From Planctomycetaceae bacterium (GTDB taxonomy: Bacteria; Planctomycetota; Planctomycetia; Pirellulales; Pirellulaceae), in the NCBI GenBank assembly GCA_005778405.1, contig SXOA01000150.1, positions 1 through 64,000 of the forward strand: a DNA stretch of 64,000 bases. Reading direction: 5' to 3'. A model generated the notes under the pieces. The model was not told where the DNA came from. It made no database searches and saw nothing but the letters and a program-made list of their open reading frames with translations. The position numbers and the translations under genes are program-made. The first letter of the stretch is position 1. The number at the start of each line of letters is the position of its first letter. Positions 7,071-15,559 of the stretch are shown here, piece after piece.

Positions 7071-7724
7071 ATGACGATTCACGAAAATTTGGCGCGAATC
7101 AAATTGCCTGCGGAGCCGGCGCTGGTCGCGGCGGCAGTGGGGGGTGATCGCGTTGCCCTGGAGCGTCTGCTCCTCGCCCACTACGACCCCTTGGCGCGCC
7201 GGATCGGGGAAAAGCTGCCACCTCGGTTGCGGGCGACGCTGGCCGCCGAAGACATCTTGCAACTCACGTTCCTTCAGGCCTTCCGCGACATCGGGCAATT
7301 CGAGCTGCGGGCGGATGCGACCTTTGGCAATTGGCTGGCGCGGATTGCCGAAAACCGCTTGCACGACGCCATCAAGGCGCACGACTGCACGAAGCACGGC
7401 GGAGATTTGCAAAGAGTCCAGGACGGCGCGGGAAGCGACGGTAGCGTTCTGTCGCTCTGGGACTGGATTGCCGCTGCCGACACTTCACCCGGCAGTATTG
7501 TGGCGCGGGAAGAAGCGCTGCAAGCTTTGCAGGTCGCTTTGGCTTCGCTGCCCAGCGACCAGGGCATGGCGATTCGACTGCAAGTGCTCGAGGGAAAATC
7601 GCTGGCGGAAACTGCCACGGCATTGGGCCGGACTTCCGACGCAATTCGCGGGCTCGTGCATCGCGGCAAAGAGCAACTGCTGGCCGCCATGGGGCGAGCG
7701 TCCAAATGGCTGAAGTCCCAATGA
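7071..7724 (+). CDS. ECF-type RNA polymerase sigma-70 family factor
   Basis: 217 aa with sigma-70 region 2 and region 4 (helix-turn-helix) features. Its stop overlaps the start of the downstream kinase. Confidence 0.7.
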   Translation: MTIHENLARIKLPAEPALVAAAVGGDRVALERLLLAHYDPLARRIGEKLPPRLRATLAAEDILQLTFLQAFRDIGQFELRADATFGNWLARIAENRLHDAIKAHDCTKHGGDLQRVQDGAGSDGSVLSLWDWIAAADTSPGSIVAREEALQALQVALASLPSDQGMAIRLQVLEGKSLAETATALGRTSDAIRGLVHRGKEQLLAAMGRASKWLKSQ

Positions 7725-7731
7725 AACTGCC

Positions 7732-10203
7732 ATGAACGACACACTGCGGAACCTTACCGAAGTCGACCGCGACGCGCAGATATTTCGCGTCGTGGATGAG
7801 GCGCTACAGCGGCGAGCGGGAGGGGAGGAGATTACCGACGACGATCTTTGCCGGGAACATCCCAACCTGCTGCCGGAACTGGCCGCGGAGCTGCGCAAGG
7901 TGCGAGTCATCGCGCGAGCGCGTGAGCAATCCAGACAGCCGGCTGCGGACCGACGCGACCCCGCGAGCGATGAAACGGCTGCTTTCTTACCGATGCGGCC
8001 GCAAGTGCCCCGCCTGTCACGCTCGCTGGATATTCGTTGCCCTCTGTGCCGCGAGCCGCTGGAGATCGCCGCTGATCAGCCGCTGGAGGACATTCCCTGC
8101 CTGTCATGCCACGGCCGGTTCAGCCTGGCCGGTGACGATCCGGGCCTGAAGGATCAACAGCCCGTCACTCGGATCGCCCATTTCGAGTTGCTACAACGGC
8201 TGGGAATGGGGAGCTTCGGCACCGTGTGGAAAGCCCACGATGTGAAACTCGACCGCACGATCGCCCTGAAGATTCCCCGCCGCGGGCATTTGAGCTCCAG
8301 TCAAGTGGAGAAGTTCTTGCATGAAGCCCGCGTCGCCGCGAAGCTGCGGCATCCACACATCGTCAGCGTCCACGAGATTGGCCGCGACGACGACAGCATC
8401 TACATTGTCAGCGACCTCGTGGAAGGGGTCTCGCTGGAAAAATTCAAGGACGCGAAACGGCTGACGCAGCGAGAAGCGGCCCAGTTGCTCGTCACCGTGT
8501 GTGACGCGCTGCACTTCGCCCATCAGGCGGGAATCGTGCATCGTGACCTCAAGCCGGGCAACATCCTGATCGACGCCCAAGGAGTGCCGCACATCACCGA
8601 CTTTGGCCTGGCCAAGCGCGGGAACGAGGAAGTCGAGATCACGATGCAGGGAGAGATCCTGGGGACGCCGGCGTACATGTCGCCGGAACAGGCCCGCGGC
8701 GAGTCGCACCTGGCTGACCGCCGCACCGACGTTTATGCGATGGGAGTCATGTTCTTCGAGCTCCTTACCGATTGTCTTCCCTTCCGCGGCAACGTGCCGG
8801 CCCTCACGCAGCACGCGATCCACACCGAGCCGCCCAGTCCGCGCCGGCTCAATGCGACCATTTCGCGCGATCTGGAAACCATCTGCCTGAAATGCCTGGA
8901 GAAGGATCCCGTGCGCCGTTACGAATCGGCCGATGACCTGGCTGCCGAACTGCGCCGTTTTCTGGCCGGGGACGAAATCCGAGCGCGGCCGATTTCGCGG
9001 AGCGAACGCCTCTGGCGCTGGTGCCGGAAGAACCCACGGATTCCCACGCTCTCCGCGGCGCTGCTCGGCGTCGTGCTGATTGCCTATGCCGGCGCCTGGG
9101 TCTGGTTTGAGGCCCACATCGACCGCACGCGGCAGAGGCTCCAGGAACAGGCCCACGAGAACCTTCAGTTCACAGGTGGGGCGATTACCACAGCCGCCGG
9201 GCACGACTTCGACAAGTATTTTCAGCAGGTTAAGGACGCGGCTCGCGATCCCGTTCTGGCCAAACAACTGCGGGAGATGCAAGTGGTTCAGCAGAAATAT
9301 GCGCCGCTCAACGCGGTCGTCAAAAACGGGCCGCTTCAGGCGGAATTGCTCGACGAAAAGCTCCGGCAGCCGCTCAAGAAGTGGACCGAGAGCTTGCCGC
9401 GGGGGCAGTCAGTGTTCTCCTGGTTTGTCATGCAACCGGACGGGTTGCAGGTCGCGCGATATCCAGAGGTGTCGGGAGGCGAGAATACCATCGGCGAGAA
9501 CTATTCGTGGCGAGCCTATTTTCATGGCGGCCCGGAAGACAAACCGCTCGATTGGCGGGCCATTCCTGGACAGCATCTGACCGGGACCCAATTGTCGCCA
9601 CCCTTCTTTACTCATCACACTTTTGAATGGGTCTTGGTCGTCTCGACCCCAATCCCCGATCCGCAAGCCTCGGACGCCCCGGCACTCGGGGTCCTGGGAC
9701 TCATGCTGAAGCTGGGGTCGTTCGTGGAACTGCCCGGCAACGCGCCTCATGTCTCGCGGACCGAGGATACCGCCGGCGCTGAAAGCCGCTTTGCCGTGCT
9801 GATCGATTCGCGTCCCGCTCACCAGGGGAAAATCCTCCAGCATCCTCGGTACAGCGATCTAGAGAGTGATCAAGCTGCTCGTAGAAAGCTGCTCGACAGC
9901 TCGCTTGAGCCGGCGTTGCGAGTGCAGGGAGACTGGACCTGGCAGGACGACTACCTCGATCCCCTGGAGGAGCAACATTCCGGCGCGGACCCGCAGCAAT
10001 GGCTGGCCAGCCGTTTGCCAGTGAAAATCAGCGGGACCGACAGCGGCCTGGATGTCATCGTTCAGGAAAGCTACGACCAGACGATCAAGCAACCCCTGGC
10101 CGAGCTACGCCGCGGCCTGATTCTCCTGAGCTTGATCACGTTTGGACTCGCCGCGGTCGTGATCGTACCGCTGTGGGGGATCATTCTGCGATTAGTGCGA
10201 TGA
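7732..10203 (+). CDS. serine/threonine protein kinase with a C-terminal TM anchor and a large extracytoplasmic domain (ECF-sigma-associated)
   Basis: Hanks kinase motifs HRDLKPGNILID, DFGLAK and GTPAYMSPE. Hydrophobic segments near residue ~430 and at the C-terminus. Confidence 0.8.
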   Translation: MNDTLRNLTEVDRDAQIFRVVDEALQRRAGGEEITDDDLCREHPNLLPELAAELRKVRVIARAREQSRQPAADRRDPASDETAAFLPMRPQVPRLSRSLDIRCPLCREPLEIAADQPLEDIPCLSCHGRFSLAGDDPGLKDQQPVTRIAHFELLQRLGMGSFGTVWKAHDVKLDRTIALKIPRRGHLSSSQVEKFLHEARVAAKLRHPHIVSVHEIGRDDDSIYIVSDLVEGVSLEKFKDAKRLTQREAAQLLVTVCDALHFAHQAGIVHRDLKPGNILIDAQGVPHITDFGLAKRGNEEVEITMQGEILGTPAYMSPEQARGESHLADRRTDVYAMGVMFFELLTDCLPFRGNVPALTQHAIHTEPPSPRRLNATISRDLETICLKCLEKDPVRRYESADDLAAELRRFLAGDEIRARPISRSERLWRWCRKNPRIPTLSAALLGVVLIAYAGAWVWFEAHIDRTRQRLQEQAHENLQFTGGAITTAAGHDFDKYFQQVKDAARDPVLAKQLREMQVVQQKYAPLNAVVKNGPLQAELLDEKLRQPLKKWTESLPRGQSVFSWFVMQPDGLQVARYPEVSGGENTIGENYSWRAYFHGGPEDKPLDWRAIPGQHLTGTQLSPPFFTHHTFEWVLVVSTPIPDPQASDAPALGVLGLMLKLGSFVELPGNAPHVSRTEDTAGAESRFAVLIDSRPAHQGKILQHPRYSDLESDQAARRKLLDSSLEPALRVQGDWTWQDDYLDPLEEQHSGADPQQWLASRLPVKISGTDSGLDVIVQESYDQTIKQPLAELRRGLILLSLITFGLAAVVIVPLWGIILRLVR

Positions 10204-10453
10204 TGGGCCATGGCTTGAGCGAATGGTTCAGTGAATCGCGCTATCCGACCACGAAAGAATTTCAGCGAACCATTCTTCGCTGTTTGCATCTACCCCTTGC
10301 AGAGCCAAAGATGCTCGCGAAGGAGCCGGCGAGTCCAAGCTCCGCACGCTTGCGCACATGACATGGGGATAGTCCCCGCAAGAGCCTTCTCCAAGGCCCA
10401 GTGTCACGAGTGAAACCGGGATTTTTTTGTGCGCTCAAGACGACAGAGTGTAT

Positions 10454-10525
10454 GACGCTGGAGCCAGACGGCACGGCCGCTGCCTGCAAAGCAGCTCCAA
10501 GTGGGTTCGACTCCCACCGGCGTCT
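10454..10525 (+). tRNA. tRNA-Cys (anticodon GCA)
   Basis: Acceptor gacgctg/cggcgtc, anticodon arm gctgc-CTGCAAA-gcagc, T-arm gtggGTTCGACTcccac. Confidence 0.7.
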
Positions 10526-10630
10526 CTTGCAAGCAAGCGATGTTTGTCGCCAGGCCAGCGGCGCACCGAGCCTCGATTTCGAGTCTGCTCGGCGTGTTCC
10601 GAACATGGGGTCTAACGAAGGCGGCAGACA

Positions 10631-10703
10631 GCGAGGTTAGCTCAGTGGAAAGAGCACCAGGCTACTAACCTGGATGTCGCGGGTTCGACTCCCGTACCAT
10701 CAC
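10631..10703 (+). pseudogene. tRNA-like element / probable pseudo-tRNA: good D, anticodon and T arms, but anticodon ACT and an acceptor stem that cannot close
   Basis: D-arm gctc-agtggaaa-gagc, anticodon arm ccagg-CTACTAA-cctgg, T-arm gcggGTTCGACTcccgt. The 5' acceptor gcgaggt is not complementary to the 3' accatca. Confidence 0.4.
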
Positions 10704-11105
10704 CGCAGGCGTGAAAAACCTGCTCGACCGGGCGCGCAAGCGTCTACCAAGAGGCCCGCGGGAGGCGGGCATTCGCTGGATCAGCTGTCGTCCATTGTGA
10801 CTCGTTCACACGGACGGCAGCAGCACTAGAAACATGCCTTGAAAGGCGCACATCCCGCTTACCACCGCTGCCACTAATTGATTTGTCGGCGCTCACGAGC
10901 GACGCGATTGGTTTCGGCCACTCGCTAACTCGCCAGCCAGGCATTTCAAAGTGACGGCGAAGTCTGCTCAAAGCGCACTTCCGCATTTTTCCGTGTGATT
11001 CGTGAACGTCCCGCCCCCCAACGGCGTCTCTTCGTCTTCAACACAGTTGTTTCATCGCGCGCCAACCGCGAGCCCAGTTGGCAAGATGAAAGGAGCCCAG
11101 CTCCA

Positions 11106-12212
11106 ATGTTCCTGTTCAAGCATTTCAAGATCCGCACCCACGAAATGGGCCTCTACTTCCGCGACGGCGAGTTCAAGGGACTGCTCCGCGCCGGCAAGCA
11201 CTGGCTCTTCGACCCGCTCGGCAAGGTCCGTGTTGAAGTCGTATCGCAGCGCGCGCCGTGGCTCGTGCACGAGCAGCTCGACGAAATCGTCAAGTCGGGC
11301 GCTCTGTCGGGCCGCGCCGTCGTCCTGGACCTCAAGGACTACGAGCGGGGCCTGGTCTGGGTCGACGGCCGCTTCAGCCACATTTTGCCGAAGGGTCTGT
11401 TCGCTTACTGGACTGGCCGCCGCGACGTACAGATCGAGATCATCGATGCGCGAATCGTGCGGTTCGAGCACAAGGACGCCAAGGTGATCATGCGGTCGGC
11501 ACAGGCACAGCTTGCGCTCGACATTTGCAACGTCGCCCGACACTGCGTCGGCGCGCTGTTCGTCGATGGCGAGTTCATCGAAGTTCTCGCTCCAGGCCAG
11601 TACGCGTTCTGGAAGGGACTTGTGGACGCCCGCGTCGTCGAGCTCGACCTGCGAGAAACGACCGCGGACGTGAGCGGCCAGGAGCTGATGACTGCCGACA
11701 AGGTGACGCTGCGGATGAACGCCCTGGCGACTTACCGCATCGTCGATGCCAAGAAGGCGGTCTGCGCGACCGACGACGTTCGCCAGGCGCTCTACCGCGA
11801 AACGCAGATGGCTCTGCGGGCCGTGGTCGGCGCGCACGAGCTCGACGCCTTCCTGGCCAACAAGGATGCGGTGGCCCTGGAGATCGAGCAGGCCGTTCGC
11901 CGCCGGGCCGGCGAACTGGGTCTGGAGATCGTGTCGGTCGGCATCCGTGACGTGATCCTGCCGGGCGAGATGAAGGACCTGATGAACAAGGTCACGGAAG
12001 CCAAGAAGGCAGCCGAGGCCAACCTCATCGTCCGCCGCGAGGAAACGGCTGCCATGCGCAGCCAAGCCAACACGGCCAAGTTGCTGGCCGACAACCCGAC
12101 CCTGATGCGCCTCCGAGAGCTGGAGGTTCTGGAAAAGGTCGTCGCCAACGGCAAGCTGAAGGTAGTCCTCGGCGAAAAGGGCCTGGCCGAACGGGTCGTG
12201 AACCTGCTCTAG
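11106..12212 (+). CDS. SPFH/band-7 (slipin/stomatin-like) domain protein
   Basis: RBS aaaggag upstream of ATG 11106. The SPFH-like core is followed by a coiled-coil C-terminus (..KKAAEANLIVRREETAAMRSQANTAKLLADN..). Confidence 0.65.
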   Translation: MFLFKHFKIRTHEMGLYFRDGEFKGLLRAGKHWLFDPLGKVRVEVVSQRAPWLVHEQLDEIVKSGALSGRAVVLDLKDYERGLVWVDGRFSHILPKGLFAYWTGRRDVQIEIIDARIVRFEHKDAKVIMRSAQAQLALDICNVARHCVGALFVDGEFIEVLAPGQYAFWKGLVDARVVELDLRETTADVSGQELMTADKVTLRMNALATYRIVDAKKAVCATDDVRQALYRETQMALRAVVGAHELDAFLANKDAVALEIEQAVRRRAGELGLEIVSVGIRDVILPGEMKDLMNKVTEAKKAAEANLIVRREETAAMRSQANTAKLLADNPTLMRLRELEVLEKVVANGKLKVVLGEKGLAERVVNLL

Positions 12213-12425
12213 CAGCAGTGCCCTGGGATTGAATAGGAAGGCAGTTGGACTGTCGGTCAGGGAGTCGTCACCCAGGTTCTCGAAAGGAGCAATCCTGCCG
12301 CCCTCATGCCGATTTGGCGTGAGGGCGGTTTTTTGATACAAGATGGATGGGCACTTTGTCTTCAGTGCAACTTCCGACGATTCGTTGGGGATGCCCCTAG
12401 ACTCGTTGGCAACCAGCTTTTCTCC

Positions 12426-13331
12426 ATGGATGCAGAACTCTCCCAAGCTGTTGCTGCCATTCGGACGGAGTGGGCTTCCATTCCCACGGTCGGCGTCATC
12501 CTGGGAACGGGCCTCGGCGGCTTGACCAGCGCGATGCACGTGGAAGCGGAGATTCCCTACCATCGCATCCCGTACTTTCCCCGCTCCACCGCCATGGCCC
12601 ACAAGGGAGCCCTTCACTGCGGCGAAATGGCCGGCGTAAAAGTCCTCACCATGGCTGGCCGCTGCCATCTGTATGAAGGCTATTCGGTCGCCGACTTGCG
12701 GCTTCCCATCCGCGTGATGCACACCCTCGGCGTCCGCACGCTCATCATCACCAACGCCGCCGGCGGCTTGAACGCGCGGTTTGAGCCGGGAGACGTGATG
12801 GTGATCGAGGACCATGTGAACTTGATGGGATTTTCCGCGTGCCCGAGCGGGTTGACGGTGGATTTGGCCGGGGCGGCAGGAGACGGAGAGAAGGAGAGAG
12901 GGAGAGACGGGGAGAAGGACAGATTCACTGAATCTTCTCTCTCTGTCTCTCCTTCTCTCTGTCTCTCCATCTCTCCCCAATCCGCCTACGACTCTGCTCT
13001 CGCGGACGCCGCCCTCTCCGCCGCTCGCCACGGCAACTTCCCCTGTCAGCGCGGCGTGTACGTCGGCGTGAAAGGCCCCAACTACGAAACACGGGCTGAA
13101 TATCGGGCATTCCGCCGCTTCGGGGATGTGGTCGGCATGAGTACGATTCCGGAAGTCCTCGCCGCACGGTCCCTCGGAATGCGCGTCCTCGGCCTTTCCA
13201 CCGTCACCAACGTCGCTCGCCCCGATGCCCCGCAAATCGTCACCTCGGACGAAGTCGTGGAAGTCGCCAGCATCGCTCAGCCCAAGCTGCGACAGATCAT
13301 TCTGGGGGTGCTCGGTTTTTTTTCGTGGTGA
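12426..13331 (+). CDS. punA: purine nucleoside phosphorylase (PNP/PunA family) carrying a ~25-aa low-complexity loop insertion
   Basis: Conserved PNP blocks (GVILGTGLGG, HCGEMAGVKVLTMAGRCHLYEG, LIITNAAGGLN, GVKGPNYETRAEYRAFRRFGDVVGMSTIPEV). The start is inferred at the internal Met. Confidence 0.75.
   Translation: MDAELSQAVAAIRTEWASIPTVGVILGTGLGGLTSAMHVEAEIPYHRIPYFPRSTAMAHKGALHCGEMAGVKVLTMAGRCHLYEGYSVADLRLPIRVMHTLGVRTLIITNAAGGLNARFEPGDVMVIEDHVNLMGFSACPSGLTVDLAGAAGDGEKERGRDGEKDRFTESSLSVSPSLCLSISPQSAYDSALADAALSAARHGNFPCQRGVYVGVKGPNYETRAEYRAFRRFGDVVGMSTIPEVLAARSLGMRVLGLSTVTNVARPDAPQIVTSDEVVEVASIAQPKLRQIILGVLGFFSW
12871..12975. repeat. GA-rich run followed by its CT-rich near-complement (imperfect palindrome), in-frame inside the PNP gene
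   Basis: ggagacggagagaaggagagagggagagacgggg ... ctctctgtctctccttctctctgtctctccatctctcc, with a central gattcactgaatc. Confidence 0.5.
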
Positions 13332-13597
13332 AAAAGTCGTCGGGTTGGTTTCCGTAACTGTGTGGCAGCCTTGCAGTTGCGAATTCTCGTGCCTCGACTT
13401 TTGCACCACCCCCCTCGCCGTTAGGGGGGTGGACGTGCTTCCTAGGTGCAAAGTCGCAAAATAACTTCGCCGCAAGTGACATAGACATCAACCATGTCTG
13501 TGCAACAAATACAACCGAATTGTCAAAGATCACGTTCGTAAATATACGCCTGTCCAGTTGGCACAGGCAAGAGGGGAATCGCCATTTTCTTGAAGAT

Positions 13598-14584
13598 TTA
13601 TTCCCCTCGCCGGGCACTCGGCGTCGGATAGCCCAGGGTCTTATCCACCACGTTCACCAGCTTCTGGCCGGAGAAATAGCGGCGGAGGTTTTCGCAGATG
13701 AGGTTCGTGGTGTCGTTGGCGCGGCGGCGGGATTGAGCGCCGACGTGGGGAGTGATGATGACGTTGGGGACGTCCCAGAGCGGGCTGGTGACGGGGAGTG
13801 GCTCGACTTCGGTGACGTCAAGTCCCGCGCCGGCGAGGTGGCCCGATTGGAGAGCGGCAATGAGGGCAGGCTCTTTCACGACTTCTCCGCGAGCGACGTT
13901 GACGAGAATGGAGCCGGGCTTCATCCGAGCGAATTCCCGCTCGGCAATCATGTGCCGCGATTGGGCGTTCAAGGGGACACAGAGTATGACCATGTCAGAC
14001 TCTGCCAGCAGCCGGTCGAGCTGATCGGCGGGCCAGATGGCATCGACCAGGCCGCAGGTAATGTCGATTTCGTCGGGAAACATGTCGGTGGCGATGATCC
14101 GCGTCTGGAAAGGTCGCAGCACGTTGGCGATGCGGGTGCCGTTGCCGCCGAGGCCTACGATGCCGACCGTGGAGCCGTGCAGGTCGAGGGTTGGGCGGCG
14201 GATGAATTCCTTCTTCTGGGCCGCGCGGAAAAATGTCGGCAGACCACGAAGCAAGCCAAGTAGAAGGGCCAACGTCTGCTCGGCGACCTGATCGGCGAAG
14301 AGGCCTGAGGCGCTGGTTACGACGATGTCCGATGCGATGACTTCGGGAACCAGGCAATGATCGAGACCCGCAGCGGAGGACTGGATCCATTTCAGCCGCC
14401 CGCCGCGGACGACTTCTGGCCAAGGGACGGAAACCTTGGCGTGGCCGCAGAAGATGTCGGCAGTGGGTAGTTCGGCGGCAATCCGTTCCTGTCCGGCATC
14501 GACGACCTCGGTTCCTGACGGGCAAGCGGCTACGATTTGCTCGTAGTGGCGGGGCTCGAGGGGATAGCAGAGGACGACGCGCAT
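13598..14584 (-). CDS. D-isomer-specific 2-hydroxyacid dehydrogenase family protein (NAD-binding)
   Basis: Rossmann motif GIVGLGGNG and the catalytic region ..VARGEVV...AGLDV...EPLP...P.N.IITPH. Confidence 0.75.
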   Translation of the reverse strand: MRVVLCYPLEPRHYEQIVAACPSGTEVVDAGQERIAAELPTADIFCGHAKVSVPWPEVVRGGRLKWIQSSAAGLDHCLVPEVIASDIVVTSASGLFADQVAEQTLALLLGLLRGLPTFFRAAQKKEFIRRPTLDLHGSTVGIVGLGGNGTRIANVLRPFQTRIIATDMFPDEIDITCGLVDAIWPADQLDRLLAESDMVILCVPLNAQSRHMIAEREFARMKPGSILVNVARGEVVKEPALIAALQSGHLAGAGLDVTEVEPLPVTSPLWDVPNVIITPHVGAQSRRRANDTTNLICENLRRYFSGQKLVNVVDKTLGYPTPSARRGE

Positions 14585-14706
14585 CGGACGGTGAGGAAAC
14601 GAAGAGGATTAAGATTAGGATTAAGATTGAGAAGGGAGAATTCGTCCGCGTTGACAGATTCTAACAGCAGGGTTACGGTTGCAGCAGAGGATGATTTGAG
14701 TCACTT

Positions 14707-15474
14707 ATGAATGATATGTCTGATATTCCGGCACCCGATGCTGACTTCGATAAGAACGTACCCGAGCCTCCTGCCCTGGACCTGCTCGCCCGTTGTGAGC
14801 GGAGGCTGGGGTACATTTTCCACGACAAGCAGATTCTCCGTTCGGCCTTGACGCATGCATCCGGGGCCGAACATCGCCTGGCTTCCAACGAGCGGCTGGA
14901 GTTCCTGGGGGACGCGATCCTGGGCTTCATCGTCTGCGAGATGCTCTTCCAGCAGTTTCCGCAGTATCTGGAAGGGGATTTGACCAAGATCAAATCGGTC
15001 GTCGTCAGCCGGCAGACCTGTGCGAAGATCAGCGAGGCCCTCGGCCTGCAAGAGTTCCTGATTCTCGGCAAGGGAATGACGACGCACCCCACTATCCCGC
15101 CGTCGCTGCTGGCGGACGTGTTTGAATCGCTGGTGGCGGCCATGTATCTGGACGGTGGCGACGCGGCGGTTCGGCCGTTCATCGAAGCCTTCATCGGCCC
15201 GGAAGTGGAGCTCGCGGCAGCCGGGGAACTTGGCGGCAACTACAAATCGCTGCTGCAGCAACTGGCGCAGCGCGAGTTTTCGAACACGCCGGTCTATCAC
15301 CTGGTGGATGAGCGGGGCCCCGACCACAGCAAGATCTTCAAAGTCGCCGCCCAGGTTGGCCCTCGGCAATATCAGCCCGCTTGGGGCCGCAACAAGAAGG
15401 AAGCCGAGCAACGGGCGGCGTGCAACGCGCTGTCCGAAATCAAGGGTGAGCCGCCGCCGTATTTGTCGGAGTGA
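14707..15474 (+). CDS. rnc: ribonuclease III
   Basis: RNase III signature ERLEFLGDAILG plus a C-terminal dsRBD. Confidence 0.85.
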   Translation: MNDMSDIPAPDADFDKNVPEPPALDLLARCERRLGYIFHDKQILRSALTHASGAEHRLASNERLEFLGDAILGFIVCEMLFQQFPQYLEGDLTKIKSVVVSRQTCAKISEALGLQEFLILGKGMTTHPTIPPSLLADVFESLVAAMYLDGGDAAVRPFIEAFIGPEVELAAAGELGGNYKSLLQQLAQREFSNTPVYHLVDERGPDHSKIFKVAAQVGPRQYQPAWGRNKKEAEQRAACNALSEIKGEPPPYLSE

Positions 15475-15559
15475 TTCGGCTTAGACGTTAGCTTAGCCGC
15501 CGCGTCCAAGCGGCGAATCCCCGCGCGGACGCGGGGGCTACGCTCACTTCTATGCTAGA

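Noticed and set aside
5920-7074. 384-aa + strand ORF overlapping the GRDP/TIGR04222 gene
   Set aside because: It is antisense to a gene with recognisable domain motifs and TM helices. Its composition is Arg/Gly-rich noise.
8191-9282. 363-aa minus-strand ORF inside the Ser/Thr kinase gene
   Set aside because: The opposite strand carries clear Hanks kinase motifs. This frame has no features.
10744-11100. Intergenic ~300 bp between the tRNA-like element and the SPFH gene, examined for integrase remnants or att repeats
   Set aside because: There is no ORF of coding quality. There is no repeat matching the tRNA 3' end and no recombinase motif, so an integrated element is not supported within the window.
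11052-13475. 807-aa ORF on the minus strand spanning the SPFH and PNP genes
   Set aside because: It is antisense to two well-supported genes. Its translation is low-complexity (D/G/R/H/E-rich) with no motif, which is the typical high-GC shadow ORF.
15475-15559. GC hairpin ccccgcgcggacgcgggg after rnc, considered as a terminator
   Set aside because: No T-run follows, and the next gene starts 30 bp later on the same strand. It is more likely an intra-operon stem than a terminator.
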